Positions 31,298 to 41,261 of a stretch of DNA of 64,000 nucleotides are shown one piece after another. Position 1 is the first letter of the stretch; the number at the start of each line of letters is the position of its first letter. Made by a program: the position numbers and the translations under genes. The notes below the pieces were generated by a model, which was given only the letters and a program-made list of their open reading frames with translations, searched no databases and had not been told where the DNA came from. This DNA is from Spirochaetota bacterium. GTDB taxonomy: Bacteria; Spirochaetota; Spirochaetia; DTKZ01. The stretch covers positions 4,113 through 68,112 of the forward strand of contig JAOABU010000063.1 of the NCBI GenBank assembly GCA_026418195.1, written 5' to 3'.

Positions 31298-32119
31298 ATG
31301 TCTTACGTGGAAGATCTCTTCAGTCTATCGGGAAAACGAGTGATCATTACGGGAGGTGCTGGAGTGATTGCCGGTACCATGGCAGAAGCCCTGATAAAGG
31401 CGGGGGCAAAAGTTTGTCTTTGGGGGAGGGGGACCCATCATCCTGTAGAAGAGGCAGTGAAACGAGTAGCGGAAAAGACAGGGAAACCAAATGCTGTCTC
31501 GGGGGTAACGGTTGACACTGGCATCGAAGAAGATGTGCAGAAGGCCATTGAAAAAACCATACAGGTGATGGGAGAGCCTAACGGCCTAATCAACGCAGCG
31601 GGAGGAAACAAGGGGAAAAGTTCCTTCGTGGATGTGGACATTGCTTTGTTCAACGAGGTAATGCACATGAACCTTCTTGCCGGTCTCGTAATTCCTACCA
31701 AGTACGTCGCTGCCTATTGGATCAAGAATAATATCAAGGGAACCATCATCAATCTAACATCCATGGGATCCTATGTTCCCCTGTCAGGGGTCTGGGCATA
31801 CGATGCAGCAAAATCTGCTACCCTGAATCTCACCATGGCGACTGCAAAAGAGTTTGCCCCTTATGGGATTCGGGTGAATGCCATCGCACCCGGATTCTTT
31901 ATCGGTCACCAGAACAAGGCTCTCTTGATCAAGGATGAAACAACCGGGGAACTGACGGATCGCGGGAAAGCAGTCATTGCTCATACTCCTTTTGCAAGAT
32001 TTGGGAAGCATGAAGAGCTGGCAGGCGCTACAATCTTTCTCATGAGCGATGCGGCTTCGGGATTCGTTACTGGAGTGTCCTTGCCCGTCGATGGTGGATA
32101 CCTAGTCCAGAATATCTAA
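31298..32119 (+). CDS. SDR oxidoreductase, probable fructuronate reductase/D-mannonate oxidoreductase
   Basis: TGGAGVIA, NAAGGN, YDAAK and RVNAIAPGFF motifs. Directly upstream of uxaC-uxaE. Confidence 0.85.
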   Translation: MSYVEDLFSLSGKRVIITGGAGVIAGTMAEALIKAGAKVCLWGRGTHHPVEEAVKRVAEKTGKPNAVSGVTVDTGIEEDVQKAIEKTIQVMGEPNGLINAAGGNKGKSSFVDVDIALFNEVMHMNLLAGLVIPTKYVAAYWIKNNIKGTIINLTSMGSYVPLSGVWAYDAAKSATLNLTMATAKEFAPYGIRVNAIAPGFFIGHQNKALLIKDETTGELTDRGKAVIAHTPFARFGKHEELAGATIFLMSDAASGFVTGVSLPVDGGYLVQNI

Positions 32120-32134
32120 ATCAGGAGGATACCT

Positions 32135-33547
32135 ATGGCTTTCATGGATGAAGATTTTTTACTCCAGTCGGAAACGGCTCGAATCTTGTACCATTCCTAC
32201 GCAAAGTACATGCCTATTTTCGATTATCACTGTCATCTCTCTCCTAAACAGGTGGCAGAAAACAAGAACTTCAAGAACCTCACCGATATCTGGCTGGGCG
32301 GGGATCACTACAAGTGGAGGTTGATGCGAGCTGCAGGAGTGGAGGAACGTTTCATTACCGGCGATGCTTCAGATGAGGAAAAGTTCCAAGCATGGGCAGC
32401 TGTGGTTCCCCAAACCATCGGGAATCCCGTGTTTCATTGGACTCATCTGGAATTAAAACGATACTTCGGAATCGAAGGGATCCTTTTACGTCCTGAGACT
32501 GCCAAAGAGATCTGGGACCATGCCAATGCTCTTCTTCCGAAACCCGAGTTCAAACCTAAGGCGATCATGGAAAAGTTCATGGTGAAGGTGGTATGCACCA
32601 CAGACGATCCCGCGGATGACTTGCAGTACCATAAGTTGGCCGCTTCCGATCCCACCATGAAAACCAAGATGCTCCCCGCATTCCGACCCGATAAAGCCAT
32701 GAACTGCGATGATCCAAACGTATACAACACGTATCTAGATACGTTGGAAAAAGCGGCAGGAATCAAAATTCGAACCTACACGGACCTAATCGACGCATTG
32801 GACAAACGGCACCAGTACTTCCATCAGCTAGGATGTCGATTGACCGATCATGCCTTGTTGGTACCTGTAGCCGAACCCCTGGAAGATAAAGCGCTTCAAG
32901 CAGCTTTCTCGAAGGTCCGTTCAGGAATCGCTTTATCCACAGAGGAAGCAAACCAGATCCGCACAGGGGTTCTCTATGAAGTGGCTCGGATGAATGCCAA
33001 GCGGGATTGGACCATGCAACTCCATATTGGAGCCCTCCGAAACAACAACTCTCGGATGTTCAAGCTATTAGGACCCGATACGGGATTCGACTCCATTTCT
33101 GACCTTCCTATTGCTCGTCCTCTTTCAAAGTTCCTTGATATGCTAGATGCACGGAACGAACTACCCCGAACCATCCTTTATAGCTTGAATCCCAACGATA
33201 ACGAAGTTCTAGCCACGATGATTGGTAATTTTCAGGGTGGAGGAATTCCAGGAAAGATGCAGTTTGGTTCAGCCTGGTGGTTCAACGATCAGAAGGATGG
33301 GATGGAACAGCAGATGCGAATCCTCGCCAATATGGGACTCCTCTCTAGGTTTATTGGAATGCTGACAGATTCTCGGAGTTTCATGTCGTATCCAAGGCAT
33401 GAGTACTTCCGCAGGATCCTCTGCAATCTTCTAGGAACCTGGGTGGAATCCGGAGAAGCACCGAAGGATCTGAACCTCTTGGGGCAGATGGTGCAAGACA
33501 TCTGCTTTAACAACGCGAAGAATTATTTTGGTATACCAATCTGCTAG
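32135..33547 (+). CDS. uxaC: Glucuronate (uronate) isomerase
   Basis: PIFDYHCHL, GDHYKWR, CTTDDP, WWFND and MLTDSRSF...RHEYFRR motifs. Confidence 0.97.
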   Translation: MAFMDEDFLLQSETARILYHSYAKYMPIFDYHCHLSPKQVAENKNFKNLTDIWLGGDHYKWRLMRAAGVEERFITGDASDEEKFQAWAAVVPQTIGNPVFHWTHLELKRYFGIEGILLRPETAKEIWDHANALLPKPEFKPKAIMEKFMVKVVCTTDDPADDLQYHKLAASDPTMKTKMLPAFRPDKAMNCDDPNVYNTYLDTLEKAAGIKIRTYTDLIDALDKRHQYFHQLGCRLTDHALLVPVAEPLEDKALQAAFSKVRSGIALSTEEANQIRTGVLYEVARMNAKRDWTMQLHIGALRNNNSRMFKLLGPDTGFDSISDLPIARPLSKFLDMLDARNELPRTILYSLNPNDNEVLATMIGNFQGGGIPGKMQFGSAWWFNDQKDGMEQQMRILANMGLLSRFIGMLTDSRSFMSYPRHEYFRRILCNLLGTWVESGEAPKDLNLLGQMVQDICFNNAKNYFGIPIC

Positions 33548-33562
33548 ATGAAGGAGAGTAGG

Positions 33563-34810
33563 ATGAAACAGTTGGAGAAATATTCCATTGGAATTGGAGA
33601 CCGGTTCGCCCGCCAGGGGAAAGCTCAGTTGAAGGCTCTAGTAGAGGCAAAAAAACTCGGTGTGAACCTAGTTCCTGTGTGGAACAAATCTTTCAGGGAG
33701 CACACCATTGTGCATACGGATCCAAGCACGGTTCGGAAGGAAGCGGACGAAGCGGTAAACGCGTTAGGATGGAAAGATCCCTATTATGTGGATGCTGACC
33801 ATATCAGTTTAAAGACAGTTGATCTTTTCCTTGAATCCAGTGACTTTTTTACCTTAGACGTGGCAGATTACTCAGGGAAACCAACCTCGGAGAAGGATAT
33901 CGAAGCCTTCGTAAAAGCTCATACCTCCTTTCTGGGAAGCCTTTCCATTCCTGGCATCGAGAGACCCCTTCAGATCACTGAAGAAACCGTCCGTATGACA
34001 GCAAGAAAGTATCTCTTGGCCATACAGGAAGCAGGGAAGATCTACCGCCATATCGAAGCGAAAAAGGGAAAGGGGAACTTCATCACCGAGGTCTCAATCG
34101 ATGAAACCGATGTTCCACAAGCTCCCGTTGAAATGCTTTTCATCCTATCTGCGATCGCGCGTGAAGGAATACCTGCCCAAACGATCGCACCGAAATTTAC
34201 CGGCCGTTTCAATAAGGGGATCGACTATGTAGGTGATGTGAAGCAGTTCGAAAAAGAGTTCAATGAGGATGTTGCCGTAGTTGCCTTTGCAATCAAAGAG
34301 TTCGGCCTGCCTTCCAACCTGAAACTCAGTGTACATTCGGGGAGTGACAAGTTCTCCATCTATGGACCGATCCAGAAAGCATTGAAACGCACAGGAGCAG
34401 GCCTCCATTTAAAGACCGCGGGGACTACCTGGTTGGAGGAACTCATTGGTCTCGCTACGGGAGAAAGTGAAGGCCTGGCCATTGCAAAGGAAATCTACCA
34501 AAAAGCATATGGGCGGTTCGACGAACTCTGCGCTCCCTATGCGAGTGTGATCGATATCGATCGGTCGAAACTTCCAGATCCATCGCAGGTTTCCAAGTGG
34601 GACGGGAAACAATTCGCAGAAACTCTTCGACACGTGCCTAGTAATTCGCACTACAATCCCCATTTCCGGCAACTTCTTCATGTAGGATACAAAATAGCCG
34701 CTGAAATGGGAGACAGGTACTATAAGGCATTGGAAGCTGCAGAAGAGGAAATCTCAAAGAATGTGCAGGAGAACCTATTGGAACGGCACATAAAACGCGT
34801 ATTTCTGTAA
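33563..34810 (+). CDS. uxaE: Tagaturonate/fructuronate epimerase
   Basis: SIGIGDRF, DADH, EVSIDE, KLSVHSGSDKFS and HLKTAGT motifs, in a uxaC context. Confidence 0.88.
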   Translation: MKQLEKYSIGIGDRFARQGKAQLKALVEAKKLGVNLVPVWNKSFREHTIVHTDPSTVRKEADEAVNALGWKDPYYVDADHISLKTVDLFLESSDFFTLDVADYSGKPTSEKDIEAFVKAHTSFLGSLSIPGIERPLQITEETVRMTARKYLLAIQEAGKIYRHIEAKKGKGNFITEVSIDETDVPQAPVEMLFILSAIAREGIPAQTIAPKFTGRFNKGIDYVGDVKQFEKEFNEDVAVVAFAIKEFGLPSNLKLSVHSGSDKFSIYGPIQKALKRTGAGLHLKTAGTTWLEELIGLATGESEGLAIAKEIYQKAYGRFDELCAPYASVIDIDRSKLPDPSQVSKWDGKQFAETLRHVPSNSHYNPHFRQLLHVGYKIAAEMGDRYYKALEAAEEEISKNVQENLLERHIKRVFL

Positions 34811-34844
34811 GAGGATTTGCTTTGATCAGATATGTCAAAGTAAC

Positions 34845-34880
34845 AAAGGCGGCTCTGGTTTACAGACCGCCTTTCTTTTC
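34845..34880 (+). terminator. Rho-independent terminator of the uxa operon
   Basis: AAAGGCGG(c)TCTG-gttta-CAGACCGCCTTT followed by CTTTT. Confidence 0.8.
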
Positions 34881-34930
34881 AATTTAAGGTGATTCTAGTG
34901 CACGAACAAATAGACTTCCTACAAATTACT

Positions 34931-35239
34931 TCATTTCTTTAAGCTACTCAAGGCGACCTTTTTGATTTTATTTCCAACCCGAATATTACAGTACACATCG
35001 ATGGACTGGAAAATACCAGTTCCGGACCCGCCTCTTCCACCTTGGAAGGTCACCTTATCTCCCTTCTTCAACGAAGCAAATTGTTTCAGTAACTCTAAAG
35101 CTCCTTGTAACGTTTTTTCTTTTTTCGTTTCTCTTCCTCGTAAAGCATTCGCTTTCTTCAATAATTCTTTTTGTTTTTCTTTTGGTTGCTGAGCTAGAAA
35201 AAGCGCAATTTCCTCTTCGGTTAATGTTTTTTCTGCCAT
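34931..35239 (-). CDS. Small Lys-rich hypothetical protein with a KOW/SH3-like C-terminus
   Basis: GGAGG RBS and LKKGDKVTF...G motif. AT-rich coding sequence. Confidence 0.7.
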   Translation of the reverse strand: MAEKTLTEEEIALFLAQQPKEKQKELLKKANALRGRETKKEKTLQGALELLKQFASLKKGDKVTFQGGRGGSGTGIFQSIDVYCNIRVGNKIKKVALSSLKK

Positions 35240-35301
35240 GCGTTATTCCTCCATACTATAAGCTCTCATTTAAAAATAACAAACTTTGGAGGTTTTTGCA
35301 A

Positions 35302-36429
35302 CTAGGCATGTGAATATTCAATTAATTTAACACATACAGGGGTTGGTATTTCTATGGAACTAGCTTTAATAAGTTTTCCATCTTTTGTATCTATTTTAAA
35401 GGTGACTATCATATCACTGTCTTGATTTGCTACTACCAGATAATTTCCTGTGGGATCCACCGCAAAATTACGTGGAGTCTTTCCAAAAGTAGATTGATGG
35501 TAATTATACTGTAAACTTCCATTCTCCTCATCCATATTGAACACTACAATACTATCATGACCACGATTTGAACCATATACAAATCTTCCAGAAGGATGCA
35601 CGTGTAAATCAGCGCAAGTATTTGGACCTGTATATCCGATTGGTAGGGTAGAGACAGTCTGTTTCAAGATGAGGTTTCCTGTCTCACCATCGAATTCGTA
35701 CAGTTGTAGAGTGGAAGCAAGCTCATTGATCAGAAAGGCAAATCTTCCCGATGGATGGAACTCGAAATGTCGGGGTCCAGCTCCCTTGGATACTGGACAG
35801 GTAGGTATAGGGGCTTTTAGAAGTTTACCCGTTTTTTGATCGAAGGAATAAATCACAATTTGGTCTATTCCTAGATCTGGAACAAAGGCAAACCTTTCAG
35901 CCAAATCCAATGTAAGCGAATGAGCATGGGGGCCTGTTTGACGAACAGGATCGACACTAGAACCTTGGTGCTGGATGAAATCCGTCGGTTCTCCCAGGGA
36001 TCCATCGGCATGGATAGGAAATACAACGACACTACCGCTCATGAAGTTGGAAACGAATAGGTGCGTACCCTCAGAATTGATCGTAACATGGCATGGATCC
36101 GTTCCCAACGAAGGTTGCCGATTTAAAAAGAGGAACCGCTTATGAAGCCAATCGATGCGGTATGCAGTTAAGCTTCCGGATTGTTTACCCTCGTACTCTT
36201 TTAATTCATTCACCGTATAGAGGAACATTCGGTTAGGACTTACCGTAAGGTAAGACGGATTACGGACCTGCTCAGTGAACCCTTCCCATTGTAAGGATCC
36301 ATCACTCAGATCTAGAGTAAGCCAATAGATTCCCTTTCCTTTTCCCTGTAAAACAACTCCGGTTCCAAAGCGGATCGGTTCCGTGTAAGTACCTATGAAC
36401 ACGGATAGGTATCCTTCAGTTTCCCTCAT
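35302..36429 (-). CDS. Lactonase, 7-bladed beta-propeller (6-phosphogluconolactonase/YbhE family)
   Basis: GTYT, NPSY, RQTGPHAH, PDLG, GPRH, SNRGHDSI and PRNF motifs. Confidence 0.93.
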   Translation of the reverse strand: MRETEGYLSVFIGTYTEPIRFGTGVVLQGKGKGIYWLTLDLSDGSLQWEGFTEQVRNPSYLTVSPNRMFLYTVNELKEYEGKQSGSLTAYRIDWLHKRFLFLNRQPSLGTDPCHVTINSEGTHLFVSNFMSGSVVVFPIHADGSLGEPTDFIQHQGSSVDPVRQTGPHAHSLTLDLAERFAFVPDLGIDQIVIYSFDQKTGKLLKAPIPTCPVSKGAGPRHFEFHPSGRFAFLINELASTLQLYEFDGETGNLILKQTVSTLPIGYTGPNTCADLHVHPSGRFVYGSNRGHDSIVVFNMDEENGSLQYNYHQSTFGKTPRNFAVDPTGNYLVVANQDSDMIVTFKIDTKDGKLIKASSIEIPTPVCVKLIEYSHA

Positions 36430-36435
36430 GTCGAT

Positions 36436-37524
36436 CTACTCCTTTCCATTCGGTTCCAGTACCACCTTCAATGCACAACCCTTGCGAGATACAAAGGTAT
36501 CCAAGGCCTCGGCAAACTGTTCTAGAGGGAACGTATGGGAAACGAGATCCTTCAATTTCAGATTTCCCGTTGCCACTAGATTCACAATTTTGGGGGAGAC
36601 ATTCGGATTGGCCTTGGATCCATAGATGGAAATTTCATTGCTCACTACGTATCGAGTAGGAATAGGATCCGCGACCTTTCCTTCGGGAACCCCTAAAAGT
36701 CCCACCTTCCCTCCTCTGCGTACCATGTACACAGCTTGGAGCATGGTTCCAGCGGCACCGGAACATTCAAAGACTTCATCCGCTCCTAATCCGTTGGTAA
36801 GGGCTTTCACGGCCTCGATCGGATTCGTTTTTTCGAAATCCACTGCCTCATCTGCGCATAGTTCCTTGGCAACCTTTAATCGGTCTCTTCTTCCCACGGC
36901 AATCACTTTCGAAGCACCCAAAGCCTTTGCCATCCTCATAGCGATCAACCCTATGGGTCCGGGGCCGATTACCACTACCGTACCTCCCGCTGTTATTCCG
37001 GTGAGTTCCATCCCATGCATGACGACTCCCGATGTATCCACCAACGCACCTTCTTTGAAGGAGATATGAGAAGGCAGCAGTGTCAAACTACGGATGGAGT
37101 ATGCATTGAACTGCGCATATGCTCCGTTATGGGTAAAACCATAATGGCGATGTCCTGTCTCTGGTTTTCCGTAATTTTCGCAAATATTGTAACTACCTTC
37201 CATGCAACGCCGACAGTAACCACATCCCTTGTGTGCTTGCCCAGCTACCCGATCGCCCACTTTGAAGGTGTGCACTCCTTTTCCCAGTGCCACTACTTCA
37301 CCTGCCCACTCATGTCCGGGAATGAAGGGATAGAATGGTGGCCAGAACCCAGCTAGATCTCCCCGAATGATCTCGGGATCACTTCCACAAATTGCAACAG
37401 CCCGTATCCGGCAGAGCACCTCACCATCCGCGGGTTCGGGCACTGCTACCTCTCGCACTTCGAATTTGCCCGGTTCAGGCAATACCAACGCCTTCATTGT
37501 CTTCGGAATACTGTTATTCCCCAT
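36436..37524 (-). CDS. Zinc-dependent alcohol/polyol dehydrogenase (MDR family)
   Basis: ICGSD, GHE, CGYCRRC...C structural Zn site and GPGPIG. Confidence 0.93.
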   Translation of the reverse strand: MGNNSIPKTMKALVLPEPGKFEVREVAVPEPADGEVLCRIRAVAICGSDPEIIRGDLAGFWPPFYPFIPGHEWAGEVVALGKGVHTFKVGDRVAGQAHKGCGYCRRCMEGSYNICENYGKPETGHRHYGFTHNGAYAQFNAYSIRSLTLLPSHISFKEGALVDTSGVVMHGMELTGITAGGTVVVIGPGPIGLIAMRMAKALGASKVIAVGRRDRLKVAKELCADEAVDFEKTNPIEAVKALTNGLGADEVFECSGAAGTMLQAVYMVRRGGKVGLLGVPEGKVADPIPTRYVVSNEISIYGSKANPNVSPKIVNLVATGNLKLKDLVSHTFPLEQFAEALDTFVSRKGCALKVVLEPNGKE

Positions 37525-37549
37525 GATGGTACCCCTTGATTGAATGTTT

Positions 37550-38377
37550 TTATCCTTTGATTCCGCTCAGCACGATTCCCTGAACGAAATACCGTTGTAG
37601 CGAAAGGAACAGAACCACCATCGGAACCATTGCAATGGTTGCAATGGCCAGTAGCTGGTTCCAATCAGTTCCATAGTTGCTCATGAATAAGGCAATTCCT
37701 AACGTAACAGGGCGGAGATTCTCTGTAGTGATAATGATCAAAGGCCAGATATACATGTTCCAGGATTCTCGAAAAATAAAGATTGCCAAAGCCGTCAATG
37801 CCGGTTGCACAAGGGGAAGAACGATCTTGAAAAAGATTCCAATTTCATCCATCCCATCGATCCGCGCAGCTTCGATCAATTCGTTTGGCAGATCCAACAT
37901 ATACTGACGCATGAGAAAGACTCCAAAAGGATCTGCCAAGAATGGTGCGATAACCCCAAGGAAGGTATTCTGCCATCTCAAGGTTTTCACTACCAGGAAT
38001 AGAGGAACCATCGTAACTTCCAACGGCAGCATCAGCGTGCTTAAAATCAACAGGAAAAGGAGATTACGGCCTAAAAACTTATACTTAGCCAGAGAGAAAG
38101 CGGCTAAGGAACAGATTAAAAGGTTGCCAATCGTAATAGAAAGGGCAATGATGCAACTGTTGAGAAAGTATAAACCAAAGTTTCGTTGTCCCCAAGCTTC
38201 GGGATACGCTTTCCAATAGAAAGGATCGGGAAGAAGCCGTACAGGAACCCGAAAAATATCTTCCATAGTCTTGAAGGAGGAAAGAACCATCCAAAGAATA
38301 GGTACCGTAGCCCATAAGGCTGGAATGAAAAGGAATAGGAAGAGCAGGATTCGAACCCTTTGTTTCTTGCTTACCAT
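37550..38377 (-). CDS. Carbohydrate ABC transporter permease (MalG-like)
   Basis: ELIEAARIDG EAA loop and about 6 TM helices. Confidence 0.95.
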   Translation of the reverse strand: MVSKKQRVRILLFLFLFIPALWATVPILWMVLSSFKTMEDIFRVPVRLLPDPFYWKAYPEAWGQRNFGLYFLNSCIIALSITIGNLLICSLAAFSLAKYKFLGRNLLFLLILSTLMLPLEVTMVPLFLVVKTLRWQNTFLGVIAPFLADPFGVFLMRQYMLDLPNELIEAARIDGMDEIGIFFKIVLPLVQPALTALAIFIFRESWNMYIWPLIIITTENLRPVTLGIALFMSNYGTDWNQLLAIATIAMVPMVVLFLSLQRYFVQGIVLSGIKG

Positions 38378-39249
38378 TACCGATTCTCCGAAAAGAGTCT
38401 CACTTGGATCCAGGAAAATACCATCATGATCAAGAACAAAAGGATAGACATGGCAGCAGCTCTACCCATCTTGAAATAGACAAAGCCTGTTTTATAGATA
38501 TGCAATGGAATCACCTCGGTTGCTCCCGCCGGTCCCCCATCGGTCATTAATTGAGGGATCTCGAATACTTTCAGAGCCGTAATGACTGAAATGACGATCA
38601 CTAAGAGAAAGATGGGTTTTAGTATGGGTAATGTAATATAGAAGAACTCGGTGACAGCATTCGTTCCATCCATTCGACCTGCTTCATAGAACTCTTCTGG
38701 AATCGCTTGTAATCCAGCGGTAAAAATCACCATAAAGTATGGAGAAGCCCGCCAAATTCCGATTTGAATCAGGGCAAGGATCGCTGTGGATGGATGGGTC
38801 AACCAAGGTACAGGAGAAAAACCTAAAAATCGTAAGATCTCGTTTACCAATCCATATTCAAAATACAGGAATCTCCAGAGTACTGCCACGACTACAGGAG
38901 CTAACACAACAGGGATGAAGATCAAGGTTCGAAAGACTCCTCCTCCCCTTCGTAGCTTGACTGTCATCAAGGCTAGCAAAAGGGAAAGGATCCAGACAGG
39001 GATCACTGATCCGATCACGTACGTGAAGGACACTCGGACAGCTTGTAAAAAGGAAGCATCATGGAAGAGATCAATGAAGTTCCTTATTCCAATTAGCTTA
39101 GGTCTGGAGAATAGATCGTAATTCGTTAAACTTAAGTATCCAGCGGCTGTCATAGGAATGAAACGGAACACAAGAAGGATCAGTACGGTAGGAAGAATGA
39201 ACAGGTACGCCCATCGGTTTATTCGACTGGATACATGAAGTTTTCGCAT
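38377..39249 (-). CDS. Carbohydrate ABC transporter permease (MalF-like)
   Basis: LQAIPEEFYEAGRMDG EAA loop, ITLP and MGRAAA motifs. Confidence 0.94.
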   Translation of the reverse strand: MRKLHVSSRINRWAYLFILPTVLILLVFRFIPMTAAGYLSLTNYDLFSRPKLIGIRNFIDLFHDASFLQAVRVSFTYVIGSVIPVWILSLLLALMTVKLRRGGGVFRTLIFIPVVLAPVVVAVLWRFLYFEYGLVNEILRFLGFSPVPWLTHPSTAILALIQIGIWRASPYFMVIFTAGLQAIPEEFYEAGRMDGTNAVTEFFYITLPILKPIFLLVIVISVITALKVFEIPQLMTDGGPAGATEVIPLHIYKTGFVYFKMGRAAAMSILLFLIMMVFSWIQVRLFSENR

Positions 39250-39270
39250 ATATGCCACCAGGATCGTACA

Positions 39271-39302
39271 TAGGTTCTTCCCCAAAGGGGGGGAAGAACC
39301 TA
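39271..39302 (-). other. Intercistronic stem-loop after the solute-binding protein gene
   Basis: 13-bp perfect stem TAGGTTCTTCCCC / GGGGAAGAACCTA. Confidence 0.7.
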
Positions 39303-39310
39303 GATTTAAA

Positions 39311-40705
39311 TCATTTTCCGTCTAGTATTTTCGAAAGTTCTGCATCAGCAGCTTTCAATGCTTCTCGTGGTTCAATCCCCTGGAAGATTACCATCTCGAT
39401 GGCTCGTCCTACATTTTCTACGATTTCGTTTGTATGGACCGAGCGTACATACCAAGAGGCAGTCTCGATATCCTTCAGGTGTACATCAATGTACGGAAAC
39501 TCTTTTGCTGCCTTCGTCTCCATCAAGCCTTTTCGGGGTTGGATGAAGGATGCTTTTATGATCCACTCTTCGGGATTCGCTAGCATGAATCGAACGAAAT
39601 CCCATGCAATTCTCTTTTCTATCGCTGGTTTGTCTTTATTCACACCCCAGGTGAACCCGTACATCATAGTTTTTGGGCGAGATGGATCCAATTGAGCGAT
39701 GCTGGTGAATGCCCAGTCTGTATAGGGTTGACCAAACCGTTCCTTCAACTGATTCGTTGCCCAGGGTCCTGTGTACCAGATAGCCGTTCGACCATCTATA
39801 AAATCTACGTTCGGATCGCTAGGAGTGGCCAGAGAGTATTTAGGATCTCCCGTGACTTTGGTTACATCCCGCCAGAGCTCTAACGCTTTTATGGCTGGTT
39901 CCTTTGCCAGATTGGACTTCTTGTTCTCATCGAGAACGGTTCCCCCAAACTGTTCGATGATCGGTTGTAATGCTTGAAGCTGCCACCGTTTAGATTGATA
40001 GGGGAAATCAAAACCTTTTCGAACGGTCCTACCCCCTTCAACTTTCTTAAGCTTGGCCCCCACTTTTTTCAAATCTTCCCAGGTTTTCGGAGCATCTTTT
40101 GCAAAATCCAACCCGGCTTCCCGGTACGCCTTCAGGTTGTGAACAAAGCTCATGGAATTGGCTTGATAGGGAAGCCCGTAAATATTTCCTCCAAAGGTTA
40201 CTCCCTCCAGAGCTTTCCCTATATACTCGTTCTGGATATCCGAAAGTTTTGCTCCTCCAAAAACTTGAAGATCGATGGGTTCTAATACACCTTTATCATA
40301 GTATGCAGCAAAGAAAGAAATGTCCTGATCCAAAATATTGGGGCCAGTTCCAGAAGCTAGAGCAACCGTGAGCTTTTGGTTCAGATCTGCCTGGCTAGCT
40401 ACTACCTGTTCGATCGTAACATTGGGATGCAATTTTTGATATCGGTCTGCGAGTTCCTTCACATACTTGGTAAAGGGAGCGTACTCATGCCACCAAATGG
40501 AGATTTTGATCGGTCTCGAAGGGAATGTCCATCCTCCTCCTGCAAAGGGCCCTTTTACCCCTTCCATAGGTTTCAACATCACCCCGGGTTCTTCCTTACT
40601 TCCCTCTTTCTGTCCACCCGCCATGGCACCTGGTAGCAAGACCAAGGCTAACAAAAGGAACAGAATGCCGTTTAAGAAAACGGAACTAGATCTTTTCTGC
40701 ATCAT
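39311..40705 (-). CDS. Sugar ABC transporter substrate-binding protein
   Basis: Signal peptide followed by AGGQKE, YGLP, APKTWEDL and TGPW (SBP_bac_1-like). AGGAG RBS before ATG 40705. Confidence 0.92.
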   Translation of the reverse strand: MMQKRSSSVFLNGILFLLLALVLLPGAMAGGQKEGSKEEPGVMLKPMEGVKGPFAGGGWTFPSRPIKISIWWHEYAPFTKYVKELADRYQKLHPNVTIEQVVASQADLNQKLTVALASGTGPNILDQDISFFAAYYDKGVLEPIDLQVFGGAKLSDIQNEYIGKALEGVTFGGNIYGLPYQANSMSFVHNLKAYREAGLDFAKDAPKTWEDLKKVGAKLKKVEGGRTVRKGFDFPYQSKRWQLQALQPIIEQFGGTVLDENKKSNLAKEPAIKALELWRDVTKVTGDPKYSLATPSDPNVDFIDGRTAIWYTGPWATNQLKERFGQPYTDWAFTSIAQLDPSRPKTMMYGFTWGVNKDKPAIEKRIAWDFVRFMLANPEEWIIKASFIQPRKGLMETKAAKEFPYIDVHLKDIETASWYVRSVHTNEIVENVGRAIEMVIFQGIEPREALKAADAELSKILDGK

Positions 40706-40737
40706 ACTCTTTCTCCTTTTCTTATGAATGTATCCAC

Positions 40738-41115
40738 CTAACACATAGGTGTTTGCGTTTCGATTTCTTTCAAACGACTTTCAATATCTGTACGGGGTGG
40801 AGAAAAAATATCCAACGCTAGCACATACTCGTCCAATGATTCGATAGAATGTTCCATATTGGGAGGGACATATGCGAACTCACCCGGACCAATTACCTGT
40901 TCTTCCGTTCCAATGCGCATTCGAAGTTTTCCCTTCAACATATAGGTGATCTGAGCACTCGAGTGGCGGTGAGCGTTGCATTTCAATTTTGGGAAAGCTT
41001 CATGGAGCGCTAGCATCACATCCCCTAGCGTGATGGCCTGACGACTCATTCCTGCGGGTAGCGTATTTCCCTCTTTCACATCTTTCGGAATTCTGTTCCA
41101 GGAAAAGAATGGCAT
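40738..41115 (-). CDS. Cupin domain protein
   Basis: AHRH...QITYMLKG and VPPNMEH cupin motifs, plus DIFSPPR. Confidence 0.9.
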   Translation of the reverse strand: MPFFSWNRIPKDVKEGNTLPAGMSRQAITLGDVMLALHEAFPKLKCNAHRHSSAQITYMLKGKLRMRIGTEEQVIGPGEFAYVPPNMEHSIESLDEYVLALDIFSPPRTDIESRLKEIETQTPMC

Positions 41116-41125
41116 ATACCCTCCC

Positions 41126-41180
41126 GCAATTTACATATTGGATACAGTGTTCAGTATACACCATTATTCCAACCTGTCAA
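41126..41180 (-). promoter_or_regulatory. Promoter of the cupin-ABC operon with a putative GntR operator
   Basis: TTGACA-N16-TATACT on the minus strand, overlapped by TGTATAC/TGTATCCAAT motifs also found upstream of gntR. Confidence 0.7.
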
Positions 41181-41261
41181 GGTCAATTGAGAAAACAACC
41201 AAGTAAAACCGTTAACGAAATAGCAGAGGTAGTTGGAGGTTTATCTAAAAAGGTAGGGGCC

